From the IMG/VR virus record IMGVR_UViG_3300042878_002054: a stretch of 64,000 nt of DNA; one strand, 5' to 3'. Of this stretch, positions 49,338-58,477 are shown piece by piece (within the stretch, counting starts at the first letter, position 1; each line of letters begins with the position of its first letter). Position numbers and translations under genes: made by a program. The notes below the pieces were generated by a model. It did no database searches. It had not been told where the DNA came from and saw only the letters and a list, made by a program, of their open reading frames with translations. Source of the DNA: an uncultured virus (IMG/VR IMGVR_UViG_3300042878_002054). Its lineage: Duplodnaviria; Heunggongvirae; Uroviricota; Caudoviricetes.

Positions 49338-49868
49338 TTATTTTATTGGTAAATACATTCCTAATTTCTCACAGCTCTTTACAACCCATTCATTATGTTC
49401 TATAAAAGTCGGATTTACCAAACCAATAGTCATGTGAAGACTGTGAAATGGTGTTCCTAAACCCATAGCAGTTCGTATATTCATAATATCGTCAGAATAT
49501 ACTTTTATGTGCCACCACATCTTATCACCTTTAGTATTACACCTGATAAGAGTTGGATCGTATGTGATTTCCACTTCTTTTCCGTGGAACATATCTTTAG
49601 CTTGTAAATAGATTTCATCATCTACAATATCGTTTATTGCAGTGACGTGAGTTCCACGAACAGGATCGTTAAGTCTTCCTCTCCATTCAAACACGTTTGT
49701 GTCTGGAATACGAAGACCAAATCTTTGTTCTAATAACCATTTGTAGTATTTACAGGTATCGTCTTCATAGAAACGAACCATTGCGACTCTTTTCCAAGTC
49801 GATTGTTGTGCATGTTTTTTAGACACGTCAACAGGATCAAATTCTAATATACCTTTTACTTTAAACAT
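49338..49868 (-). CDS. Putative 2H phosphoesterase
   Basis: Two HxT motifs, GTHVTAI and SLHMTIG; TATATTTG at 49873..49880. Confidence 0.65.
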   Translation of the reverse strand: MFKVKGILEFDPVDVSKKHAQQSTWKRVAMVRFYEDDTCKYYKWLLEQRFGLRIPDTNVFEWRGRLNDPVRGTHVTAINDIVDDEIYLQAKDMFHGKEVEITYDPTLIRCNTKGDKMWWHIKVYSDDIMNIRTAMGLGTPFHSLHMTIGLVNPTFIEHNEWVVKSCEKLGMYLPIK

Positions 49869-49887
49869 ACTACAAATATAGCAATTT

Positions 49888-50370
49888 TTATTCTTTTATA
49901 TATGTTATTTTGGATTTATAACAAAAAATACTCCAATATATTATATTTAATATTGGTGTCAAAAACCAGAATACTTTTATATCAAAAACAAATCTAGTAA
50001 TAAACTCAATAGCTATGCTCGTCAATATAGCGATTAGAAAGTACCAAACTAATCTATCAGATTTCTTTGAAAAAAGATACTTTTTAAATTTGTTTATTCG
50101 AGTAGCATCAGGAAATCCTGATTTTACAAACTGATCCAAACTTTCTTCTCTTTTACAAGCAACACAAAGTTTAAAATCTTCTTTTTGTAACATAGCAGCA
50201 AAGTCTGTGTAATCTAAATCATCGTGATTAACATCGGTAGAACAGCTATAACACTTCTCGCCTCTTCTTACTTCGAATGTTATTGACTTGTACTTTTTGA
50301 TTCGCCTGGTTGAATATATGAATCCAAAAATCAATGCGAAAAATTGAAGAAAAGTTAAAAAAGCTACCAT
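49888..50370 (-). CDS. Membrane protein with CxxC...CxxC zinc ribbon
   Basis: Three hydrophobic segments; CYSC and CVAC. Confidence 0.7.
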   Translation of the reverse strand: MVAFLTFLQFFALIFGFIYSTRRIKKYKSITFEVRRGEKCYSCSTDVNHDDLDYTDFAAMLQKEDFKLCVACKREESLDQFVKSGFPDATRINKFKKYLFSKKSDRLVWYFLIAILTSIAIEFITRFVFDIKVFWFLTPILNIIYWSIFCYKSKITYIKE

Positions 50371-50816
50371 TATCCTAAAATTGAAGTTAAAAATATATCT
50401 CTTTTTTCTGCCTTAGAAAGAGTTTTGAAACATTCCGGTCCTATTCCAGTTTCAATAGAAGAAGGAACGGTAAGTGGTCTATTACATTTACCACATTTAC
50501 CTTCATGCCATATTTCGATACACTCTGGTAAAGATTCTTTTTTGAGTTTATTAAGAACATAAGAGAAAACCTTCTCAGATTGAGCACCTGTGAAGTTGGA
50601 TTTTTTACCATGTTTGTAGATTCCGTTAGAAACTGTTCCTAAGTAGGAATACTGCTCGGGACCAGTTAAAACACTAACAAAGAAAAGATTACTATCTTTT
50701 GCTTTTTTAACTCGATAAGTGAATCTGTTTTCAGTTTCACTATTCAAAAAAGTAAATGTTGAGTTACCTGCGAAGATAAACTTTAACGCGTCGGAGTTAT
50801 TTAGTCTTTTGCTCAT
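50370..50816 (-). CDS. DUF6011-like zinc-binding phage protein with tag-like C-terminus
   Basis: CGKCNRPLTVPSSIETGIGPEC; ends KRDIFLTSILG; TATATTTG at 50832..50839. Confidence 0.75.
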   Translation of the reverse strand: MSKRLNNSDALKFIFAGNSTFTFLNSETENRFTYRVKKAKDSNLFFVSVLTGPEQYSYLGTVSNGIYKHGKKSNFTGAQSEKVFSYVLNKLKKESLPECIEIWHEGKCGKCNRPLTVPSSIETGIGPECFKTLSKAEKRDIFLTSILG

Positions 50817-50876
50817 ATATCAATGTTTCTACAAATATAAGGATTTTTTTCAATACTATAAAATAATATATAACAA

Positions 50877-51503
50877 ATGAAGCATTTGAAGAAATTTGAA
50901 AATTTTGATAAGGTAGCATTCCACGGATTCTTGATGACTCCACAGAAAATGAGACTTCCATCTTGTGAAATAGAATGGAAAGATTCTTCTCAGGACACAG
51001 GATGTCCAAAGTTTTCTGATGGTATGAATATAACCGACGAAGATGAAGAAAAGGCAATATCTTATCTTGATGAAGAAGATATTGGTGAGATAGTAGGATA
51101 TTCAAGAGGTGGTGCCATATTGATGCAAGCCATATATAAAGGAGCAAAAACTCCAAAGTCTGTTTGTATGGTGGCTTCTGCTTGGAAAAGACAATGGGCG
51201 ACAGTTCCTTTGATAGGAGACGAGTTGGAAGGAATAGATGGATTTGTTCTACACGGAGGAAAAGACGATAAAGTTCCCTTAAAGCATTCTGTTATATTGG
51301 CATTGAGTAGTGATCTTCCTTTGTATGTGTTTCCTGAGTGTGATCACGTAAACATATTAAAACATACCGAAGATGAAACCAAAGGAATATTGGTAGATTA
51401 TAAAAAAATGGCAGAACTATTGTATATACTTCCAGATTGGGGAACAGGTGTTGGTAGTAAAAAAGAAATAGAACTACAATACTCTATTTCAAAAAAATTA
51501 TAA
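50877..51503 (+). CDS. Alpha/beta hydrolase
   Basis: AFHG, GYSRGG nucleophile elbow, LHGGKDDKVP, DH; starts MKHLKKFENF. Confidence 0.85.
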   Translation: MKHLKKFENFDKVAFHGFLMTPQKMRLPSCEIEWKDSSQDTGCPKFSDGMNITDEDEEKAISYLDEEDIGEIVGYSRGGAILMQAIYKGAKTPKSVCMVASAWKRQWATVPLIGDELEGIDGFVLHGGKDDKVPLKHSVILALSSDLPLYVFPECDHVNILKHTEDETKGILVDYKKMAELLYILPDWGTGVGSKKEIELQYSISKKL

Positions 51504-51507
51504 TGAT

Positions 51508-52122
51508 ATGAGGCTTATATTAGAATTTCAAGAGTTTATTGATAGAGAGTCTAAAACTAGAACAAGAGGACTCGGTGAACAAGAGTTTTTAGAAGTTTTC
51601 AGAGAGAACTGTAAAAACTTCTCGTTTGATAACGACATGCTTTGGAGAAACTCAAACAACTTTGGAGACTTTGGTTTGTTCTTCGAAGAAGCTAGAAGAG
51701 GAACAATCGGAACATACAACTATAAAGACTTTTTTGATGATAGAAAAGACTATACCGTTCCAAGATATAAAAGTCTTATTGGTTCTACTACAAAAGAAGG
51801 TGCTGAAGCATTTGCATCAGATACTAATACTTATATCGTTATACCATTTGATGGTGCGAATATAGTATTCAGTTGTACTCCTGATTTGGCACTATTAGCA
51901 AAGACAAAACAGGAATTTTCAGATTCACTTTTCTTACTTAAACAATATGATACAGGATTCAAATCACCAGTTTCTGAGCTTTTTGAAATAATGTCTCATA
52001 CTACAATATCATCATATAGAGATATGTTTGTTAAGAGGAATTTAGGATTCGAATATTTCACAAATGCCAACTGTTTAATGATTAAAGAAGATAAGATAGG
52101 ATGGTTAAAAAATAATATATAA
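51508..52122 (+). CDS. Hypothetical protein
   Basis: Starts MRLILEFQEF. Confidence 0.75.
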   Translation: MRLILEFQEFIDRESKTRTRGLGEQEFLEVFRENCKNFSFDNDMLWRNSNNFGDFGLFFEEARRGTIGTYNYKDFFDDRKDYTVPRYKSLIGSTTKEGAEAFASDTNTYIVIPFDGANIVFSCTPDLALLAKTKQEFSDSLFLLKQYDTGFKSPVSELFEIMSHTTISSYRDMFVKRNLGFEYFTNANCLMIKEDKIGWLKNNI

Positions 52123-52137
52123 AAAAAAGTAAATAAT

Positions 52138-52629
52138 ATGAAGTATATTAAAAATTTCAGACTTTTCGAAAACGAAGAGACATCGTGGAAAAAATTCTAC
52201 GACGATGAAGAAGATGTTTTTTTAGTGAATGAAGAAACAACTCCTGATGAATTGGAAAACGTGTTAGAGAGTTATGTTGATGGATTACATGACTATGGAT
52301 CTGGAGATTCACTTGTAAGAAAGTGTTGTGATATATTGAGAGATAGTATTCTTTTTATACGTAACGAAGAAGAAGTGTTAGGTGATACCGGAAAAGAAGA
52401 GGATTATGCTGATAAGATGTATGATGAATTGGAAAGAAGGTTCACTGATGATTATTCAACTAAACGTAACGAATATGGTGAAGGTACGACCTCTGGTGTA
52501 TTGAAACTAGATGGTAGACCTGTATTTGAGTATGAGTCACACGACGATGGTTACGGTTTCGGTGGTAGTCTTAGCAACATTGACCATATATTGGAAGTTA
52601 TGCTTGATTTATTACAAAGAGAATTATAA
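52138..52629 (+). CDS. Acidic hypothetical protein
   Basis: Starts MKYIKNFRLFE; AATATATA upstream. Confidence 0.75.
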   Translation: MKYIKNFRLFENEETSWKKFYDDEEDVFLVNEETTPDELENVLESYVDGLHDYGSGDSLVRKCCDILRDSILFIRNEEEVLGDTGKEEDYADKMYDELERRFTDDYSTKRNEYGEGTTSGVLKLDGRPVFEYESHDDGYGFGGSLSNIDHILEVMLDLLQREL

Positions 52630-52654
52630 CATATAAAAAAAAATAAAAAGAGTT

Positions 52655-52846
52655 ATGGAAAACAAAGACTTAAAAATGATTAAAAATGAGGCTCTTCCTA
52701 AAGACGAAGCACTTTTACTTAGAGAAAAGTTCATCAGTGAATATTCTAAGAAAAAAGGATGGGATCCAAAAGAATTGAGCACTAACCAAATGTTAGAAAT
52801 CGTTTCTCAGAGAGAGTACAAAACTCCAGGTATTATACTTGGATAA
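52655..52846 (+). CDS. Small hypothetical protein
   Basis: 63 aa, followed by a terminator. Confidence 0.7.
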   Translation: MENKDLKMIKNEALPKDEALLLREKFISEYSKKKGWDPKELSTNQMLEIVSQREYKTPGIILG

Positions 52847-52873
52847 AAAAAAAGAGGCTTAAAGCCTCTTTTT
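52845..52873. terminator. Bidirectional terminator
   Basis: AAAAAGAGGCTT-A-AAGCCTCTTTTT. Confidence 0.85.
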
Positions 52874-52878
52874 TGTTT

Positions 52879-54012
52879 TTATAATACATTCATAAATGTT
52901 TTTTTCTTACCAGGAAGAACTTCAGATATTTTGTTTTTTGGAATAGCTTTCAACTCTTCAATCATTTCCATCAAATCTGTTCTGTTTCCAACAAACTCAA
53001 GTTTACCTGATTTTGCTTCAAAATATAGGCTGTGTCCATTCCACACGATACTTTGTACATCATAGTATTCTACTTGAGTACCTAACCATTTGTAGATTTC
53101 AGCCTTTTCTTCATCAATACGAGAAGTTGCAATATAAACTCTTTTAGTCTTACCATCCAAAAGAACGTGTGTATAGTTTTCTTCTTGCCACTCTGGGTTT
53201 TCTTGATAGTTCCCATAGTTGTACTTACTCATAGATTCGTATCCATATCCACTATAATAGTGATCATAATCGTCTTCTTCTAAAACATCTCTTTTTACAG
53301 GAAGAGTTTCCCAATCTACTTTAACAACCGTATTACACAATCTTCGTAAGAACTCGATATCTTGACTTTCTTTTCCAGTGTGTTCGTTTTGGTATCCTAC
53401 AGATATGTTAGTACACTCTGGAACTAACTTTACAAACTTTGCAGAGTCAGTTAAGATACCAGTGTCGTCTAACACCATCTTCATTTTGTTTCCTGTCGCA
53501 TTCATTCTGTTTCCTAACTCTTGTGCAAACTCGTCAGAGCAACATCTTCCAAACATTTGGTATGTGATAATAGAGTCTGTTCCTCGTCTGTCGAAAGAAA
53601 CCACTTTTTTGATGTATTTAGAAAATTCTGTTTTTGTCCAAGTGTCTGCAAGTTTTCTAGATCCGATACAACCAACTTCTTCACCAATGAAAAAGTAGTA
53701 AAGTCCTGGAACTTGCTTTTGTATCATATAAAGTATAACAGTCATACCAGCTTTATCGTCTGCTCCTAAGATAGACTTTCCATCAGTACGAATGATGTTT
53801 CCATCAAAGACGTGTTTTACTTTAGTTTGTGTTTTGTCCGCGGTGTCTAAGTGACAAGTAAACATCGTGGAAGGAGTTTCACCTATTTGAATGTAGTAGT
53901 TTCCTAAGCCATCTTCTTGATATCCTTCTGGAAGTTGGTGCAACAATTGATGCTCTTTTCCGTGTGGATATGTAAACTTTGTAAGTGCTAGGAATTTTTT
54001 AGTTATTCTCAT
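52879..54012 (-). CDS. M20/M28-family metallopeptidase
   Basis: CHLDT, LGADDKAG, GEEVG, FDRRG, TDS, GYQNEHT; TATCTTTG at 54050..54057. Confidence 0.88.
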   Translation of the reverse strand: MRITKKFLALTKFTYPHGKEHQLLHQLPEGYQEDGLGNYYIQIGETPSTMFTCHLDTADKTQTKVKHVFDGNIIRTDGKSILGADDKAGMTVILYMIQKQVPGLYYFFIGEEVGCIGSRKLADTWTKTEFSKYIKKVVSFDRRGTDSIITYQMFGRCCSDEFAQELGNRMNATGNKMKMVLDDTGILTDSAKFVKLVPECTNISVGYQNEHTGKESQDIEFLRRLCNTVVKVDWETLPVKRDVLEEDDYDHYYSGYGYESMSKYNYGNYQENPEWQEENYTHVLLDGKTKRVYIATSRIDEEKAEIYKWLGTQVEYYDVQSIVWNGHSLYFEAKSGKLEFVGNRTDLMEMIEELKAIPKNKISEVLPGKKKTFMNVL

Positions 54013-54092
54013 TTCGAATAATATTAAGTTATTATAAACTATTATGGTACAAAGATAAGGAACTTTTTCTTATTTAGAAAAGTTTTAAACAA

Positions 54093-54650
54093 TTATTTGT
54101 TGAAAATATCGTCGATTTTTTTATCACGGATATATCCAGTCTTTAAAGAATCAAGTGTTGCTGTCCAACCATCAATTTTATTTGTTAGCCAAATTTCTGA
54201 TCTAGTGGCCATATAGCCAGAAATACTATTAGGTGCCGAATCTTTGTATTCTGACTTTACATGAAAGTCTGCAACATCTTCAGAGTCTTTATAGATGTAT
54301 TCTTTTGCTACTATTATATAGTCTATACCTAACTCGTCGATTAGTTCTTTGTATTTAGGTATAAGACCCCGACTAAGAGTCCAAAAGTCAAATATCATTA
54401 GATTAACTCTGAATCTATTTGCGGGATCTTCAATCTTAGATTTAAAATCTTCAAAGTCATTAAAAGTTATCTGTGGTGATATGTAATAAATAAGATTTGT
54501 GATGTTTTTTCCTGAAGAAGTTGGTTTTGGTGATGTGAACAATATAGGATTTCTACCATCTAATTCCAAAAATTTAACAATAGAACTTACTGCACTTGAA
54601 ACACATGCTATGTCTCCAGTAAAATAATTACAACGCTTTAGCTCTATCAT
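54093..54650 (-). CDS. Hypothetical protein (possibly degenerate P-loop fold) with C-terminal tag
   Basis: NLMIFDF Walker-B-like strand; ends IRDKKIDDIFNK. Confidence 0.65.
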   Translation of the reverse strand: MIELKRCNYFTGDIACVSSAVSSIVKFLELDGRNPILFTSPKPTSSGKNITNLIYYISPQITFNDFEDFKSKIEDPANRFRVNLMIFDFWTLSRGLIPKYKELIDELGIDYIIVAKEYIYKDSEDVADFHVKSEYKDSAPNSISGYMATRSEIWLTNKIDGWTATLDSLKTGYIRDKKIDDIFNK

Positions 54651-55026
54651 TTATGTTCTTTTTTCTTACGTTCACCATATATTTAAACTTGTTCAGAAAT
54701 CTTCTTCCAATCAACATTGGATATTTCATTTTTTTCCTATTAGTTAAGGATATATGAACCTTATAACTTTTTTCACCTAAAACCATCTTTGATATTATAG
54801 AAAATCTTTTTTGTTTCTTACCAAAAGAGTTACGCACCACTATGGTTTTGTACTTATCATACACATATTCCTTTTCGTCTATTATAAAGAAAAGTTTGTC
54901 ATCTTTTATGAAAATCTCATCTACATGAAGAGCGTTTCCATAGGCACCTGTGTCTATTTTCGCGTCTGTTGTTTCTATTCCAAGCTCAGGAAAAGAAACT
55001 TTTTCTGTTCTTCCCACATATTTCAT
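54628..55026 (-). CDS. Retropepsin-like aspartic protease (RimK-associated family)
   Basis: VGRTE, AKIDTGA, VRNSFG, R..MKYPMLIGRRFL; TATCTTTG at 55051..55058. Confidence 0.85.
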   Translation of the reverse strand: MKYVGRTEKVSFPELGIETTDAKIDTGAYGNALHVDEIFIKDDKLFFIIDEKEYVYDKYKTIVVRNSFGKKQKRFSIISKMVLGEKSYKVHISLTNRKKMKYPMLIGRRFLNKFKYMVNVRKKNINDRAKAL

Positions 55027-55095
55027 AAATATTATATCTAATAATATAAACAAAGATACGATTATTTCATAAAAATAATAAAAAAATCATATAAT

Positions 55096-55857
55096 ATGGG
55101 ATTCAATTATAATTTCACCTATATAATCAGTTATAGACATAGTGTAGAAAGACTGAATAATCTAAAAAGAACATTGGAGTGGATAAACGCTTTTTCCGGT
55201 GCAGAGATTATTATAGTAGAACAGGACAAGCATTCAAAGCTTAAAGACATCAAATTACCATGTAGACATATTTTTATAAAATCAAACATGCCTTTCAACA
55301 AGTCTTGGGGATTCAATGTAGGATTAAAATATGCGAATTCAAACGTAATAGTATTTGGTGATTCTGATTTGATAATGGACCCACAAGAGTTTATCAAATC
55401 TGTAAAGATGTTAGACCAATACGAGATGGTCAATCCTTATAACTCTGTTATTGACCTAACTCCACAAGAATCTGGTGCCGGTTTTGAACAGATAATGCAA
55501 ATCAACAGAGCAGGTAGAGGAGAAACTGATATTCAGAAAGTTCCTTTATGTGGTGGAATCTGTATCTTTAGAAGAGAAGCTATACATAAGATTGGTGGAT
55601 GGCACGAGGACTTTATCGGTTGGGGCGGAGAAGATGATTTTCAGTCAGTTAAGGTAAAAGCATTCTTAAACTGGTATGAAAATAAAGCAAAATGTTTCCA
55701 TATCTATCACGATAGATCTGCACCAGATATGAAATGGTATCAAAGAAATCTTCAACTTCTTCAAAAACTTAGTCCAATGAATAAAGAAGAGTTGCAAAAA
55801 GTGATAAACAACGTCACTCCAAAATCAGGTTTGAAATACAAATATGACAACTTTTAA
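55096..55857 (+). CDS. Glycosyltransferase (GT2/GT7 galactosyltransferase-like)
   Basis: IIVEQ, FNKSWGFNVG, DSD, GGWHEDFIGWGGEDDF, HIYH. Confidence 0.88.
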   Translation: MGFNYNFTYIISYRHSVERLNNLKRTLEWINAFSGAEIIIVEQDKHSKLKDIKLPCRHIFIKSNMPFNKSWGFNVGLKYANSNVIVFGDSDLIMDPQEFIKSVKMLDQYEMVNPYNSVIDLTPQESGAGFEQIMQINRAGRGETDIQKVPLCGGICIFRREAIHKIGGWHEDFIGWGGEDDFQSVKVKAFLNWYENKAKCFHIYHDRSAPDMKWYQRNLQLLQKLSPMNKEELQKVINNVTPKSGLKYKYDNF

Positions 55858-56578
55858 TGATAAACTAAAATCAATCTGTAACTACTCTGAAGAAAATAAG
55901 AGTATAGGTCCAACTGCCCAATTGATGTATATGGATATGATAGTAGAAGACGACGAGACTAGAAGAGAGGTAAAGAGAAAGAAAAGAAATCTTACAATAG
56001 ACACCGTTTTAGATGAGGTAGACGAAAACGGAGACTACACATCTGAGACAATATCTTCAGAAGAAGGATCTATTGCGACAATATCTCCAAAGATCATGAC
56101 TCTAAATACTCAATCAAATCCTTTTGTAGATGATGAGAGTTTATACAATAATGTAATCACATTTTTAGAAAGTAACACAAAACAAAAACACCATTATCCA
56201 ATAAGTCTTGATTATGTGGCGATGAACGACCCACATAGTACATTAGAGGAAAACAACGCAATAAACTTCAGAAGGATTATAACAAAGATTGCACACGCAT
56301 CCAACTTTATCGCAGCAGAAGGAAGAATGGGTCCAGGAACCGCAGTGATTGTCGGTAGAAATAACTGGCATTGGTTCGATAGTCAATCAGATTTTATGCT
56401 TGGAACTATTTCTATTATATTAGATGAAAACATTAGTCCAAATAAGATTATAGTCGCTCGTGGTGGTAGAATGGATCAGAGTGGTATTATATGTGTAAAA
56501 AGTATACCAGATAATACTTATTGTCTAAAAGAAACTCCACATTGGGAAAAACAATATGTATGGTTTACTGTAAAATAA
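55844..56578 (+). CDS. Protein resembling a truncated gp23-type major capsid protein with an internal tag
   Basis: IGPTAQLMYMD; KRNLTIDTVL; FRRIITKIAHASNFIAAEGRMGPGTAVIVGRN; IILDE....KIIVARGG...SGII. Confidence 0.55.
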   Translation: MTTFNDKLKSICNYSEENKSIGPTAQLMYMDMIVEDDETRREVKRKKRNLTIDTVLDEVDENGDYTSETISSEEGSIATISPKIMTLNTQSNPFVDDESLYNNVITFLESNTKQKHHYPISLDYVAMNDPHSTLEENNAINFRRIITKIAHASNFIAAEGRMGPGTAVIVGRNNWHWFDSQSDFMLGTISIILDENISPNKIIVARGGRMDQSGIICVKSIPDNTYCLKETPHWEKQYVWFTVK

Positions 56579-56579
56579 G

Positions 56580-56604
56580 AAAAGCACTCATTTGAGTGCT
56601 TTTT
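56580..56604. terminator. Bidirectional terminator
   Basis: AAAAGCACTCA-TT-TGAGTGCTTTT. Confidence 0.85.
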
Positions 56605-57160
56605 ATGTATATTGAAGTTTTTTTGCTGGTATTCTTACCTTATCATATTTAGTAAGTAACTTATAAAGTTTTTCCCATTCTTCTTTAGGATTTCTAACGA
56701 TTCTTTCATACCATTTATTGTTGTTCTGATACTCTACAACCATTCCTATTTTAAGATCCTCTTGAGATTTTGGTTTCCAATATCTAGTCTTTTCTACAAA
56801 AGAAAATGATATTCCACTATGTATGTATGATTTGTTTGATTCGTTAGTATTGTACATTACTATCTCTAATGGTTCTTCTGAACCGTTAAAGAAAACTCTT
56901 TTGGCTTCTGACTCACCTAAATATTTTATGATTGCGTTTTTTTCGTTGAAATGTCCTAAAAGAAAAAGAACATCGTTTCTAAGTTCATCGTTGTCTGTTC
57001 TACCAAATGCCATTATTGAATCTTCGAACATACCTTCAAAATATCCTTTTATTGGAAGTATTTGATAGTTCTTTGCATACAATACTGATGTAATCTGATC
57101 CAGATTTTCAGAAGAAGAAATAAGCATGTATGAAGTGTTTGGTTGTTCTAATCCTAGCAT
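56603..57160 (-). CDS. Hypothetical protein
   Basis: 185-aa ORF. Confidence 0.75.
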   Translation of the reverse strand: MLGLEQPNTSYMLISSSENLDQITSVLYAKNYQILPIKGYFEGMFEDSIMAFGRTDNDELRNDVLFLLGHFNEKNAIIKYLGESEAKRVFFNGSEEPLEIVMYNTNESNKSYIHSGISFSFVEKTRYWKPKSQEDLKIGMVVEYQNNNKWYERIVRNPKEEWEKLYKLLTKYDKVRIPAKKLQYT

Positions 57161-57205
57161 AGTTTATATATAAATATTTCCTTCTGGTATATCTTATATA
57201 TTATT

Positions 57206-58477
57206 TTAAAAAAGGTGAAATTCCTCATAAAGCTTTGTTTTGAATATGGCTTCGACCTCATCTCTTTTATTTCTTGGTATTATTATACTATCGTGAACAG
57301 TAACTATTTTTATTTCTGGAAAAGAATTTTTAACTTCTCGTATTATTTTATTGAAGATTAAATTAGACTCTGCTTTTTGTAGTTCATATGCCAAAACTTT
57401 ATAGTCTCCTTTTTCCTTTTTGTATAGTTTTATGAAATTGTGTATAGTTGGAAATAGTTCTCTGAACACTTTGTCTGCTTTGCTATTGTGAACGTTTCTT
57501 CCAAATAAGACTTTGTACGTCATTTCTTTGACCATAGGACGATCATTTGTCTTCATATGATTCATTACGTGTTGGTAGTAGTTTCCGTTTACCGTAAGGT
57601 CTCTAAATAGCTCAAACTCCTCGGTGTTTACCCATTTAGAGTTACTATCTGCTATTATCTTAGTAAGGAACAAAGGTTGACTATTCTTTATGTCAATCTC
57701 ATGTGTTTCCTCACCATCCAATAAAAGACAGTTCTTTCTAATGAAAGATTTTAATATAGTGAAGTTTGTGTGCATTCTTCCGTAACTATCAAAATGATAG
57801 AATATATGTTTGTCGTTCACACATTCAACAGAGTATCTGTTTCTGTTATATATGTCAGTGTCGTTGTGTTGAAGATTATCTAAATAGAATATGGCTCTAT
57901 CAAACTCTATCTTTGTATAGAATAGGTCGTCTACAAGCATCGCTTTTATATCTGCGTCTATTAATCCATTTTTTATTCCATCTTCTTCTACTTGTGATAC
58001 CTTGTTTTTGTACTTCTTCAAAAGAGTCGTGTCTTTGTTGACGTATCTCTTTATTTTTCCTTTAAGTATGTGTTCTGATATCTTATAGACTTTGGCGTTT
58101 CTACCTGCTCTATAGTTTGCGACCATAGATATGGTCTTCGTTTCTATTAGATAGTCCATATAGTAGTTGTATAGGTGTCCGTACTTCTCTTTGAGAATGG
58201 TGGACATGAGATGAAATCTGTTGTCTTTTTTGAAATAGTATTTCAGTATTAAGTTGTGGACTATATCTAAAGCATATGAAGACTTTAGTTTTTGACCTTT
58301 ATATTCGAAGTTTTTGTTTTTTGAAAATTCCTCCATCGATTCTGGTAAAAACTGAAGACTGTGTTTTTTGTCTTCTAGTTTCTTTCTGATATTGGAATAG
58401 CCACTGATTTTGAATAATGGTACGATTGAATTTTCACTCATACATTTTATATCCACTAGTTCAGGATATGTTTTCAT
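57206..58477 (-). CDS. Compact PolA/T7-RNAP-like palm-domain protein with putative N-terminal winged helix
   Basis: YGRMHT, EIDIKNSQP, R..VK...YKVLFG, FPTI, LQKAES, VTVHDSII. Confidence 0.55.
   Translation of the reverse strand: MKTYPELVDIKCMSENSIVPLFKISGYSNIRKKLEDKKHSLQFLPESMEEFSKNKNFEYKGQKLKSSYALDIVHNLILKYYFKKDNRFHLMSTILKEKYGHLYNYYMDYLIETKTISMVANYRAGRNAKVYKISEHILKGKIKRYVNKDTTLLKKYKNKVSQVEEDGIKNGLIDADIKAMLVDDLFYTKIEFDRAIFYLDNLQHNDTDIYNRNRYSVECVNDKHIFYHFDSYGRMHTNFTILKSFIRKNCLLLDGEETHEIDIKNSQPLFLTKIIADSNSKWVNTEEFELFRDLTVNGNYYQHVMNHMKTNDRPMVKEMTYKVLFGRNVHNSKADKVFRELFPTIHNFIKLYKKEKGDYKVLAYELQKAESNLIFNKIIREVKNSFPEIKIVTVHDSIIIPRNKRDEVEAIFKTKLYEEFHLF

Noticed and set aside
27941..56604. Three hairpins sharing a CACTC...GAGT core (27941, 38109, 56580) as a mobile repeat family
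   Set aside because: They are short, sit at gene ends with U-tails and are adequately explained as ordinary terminators.
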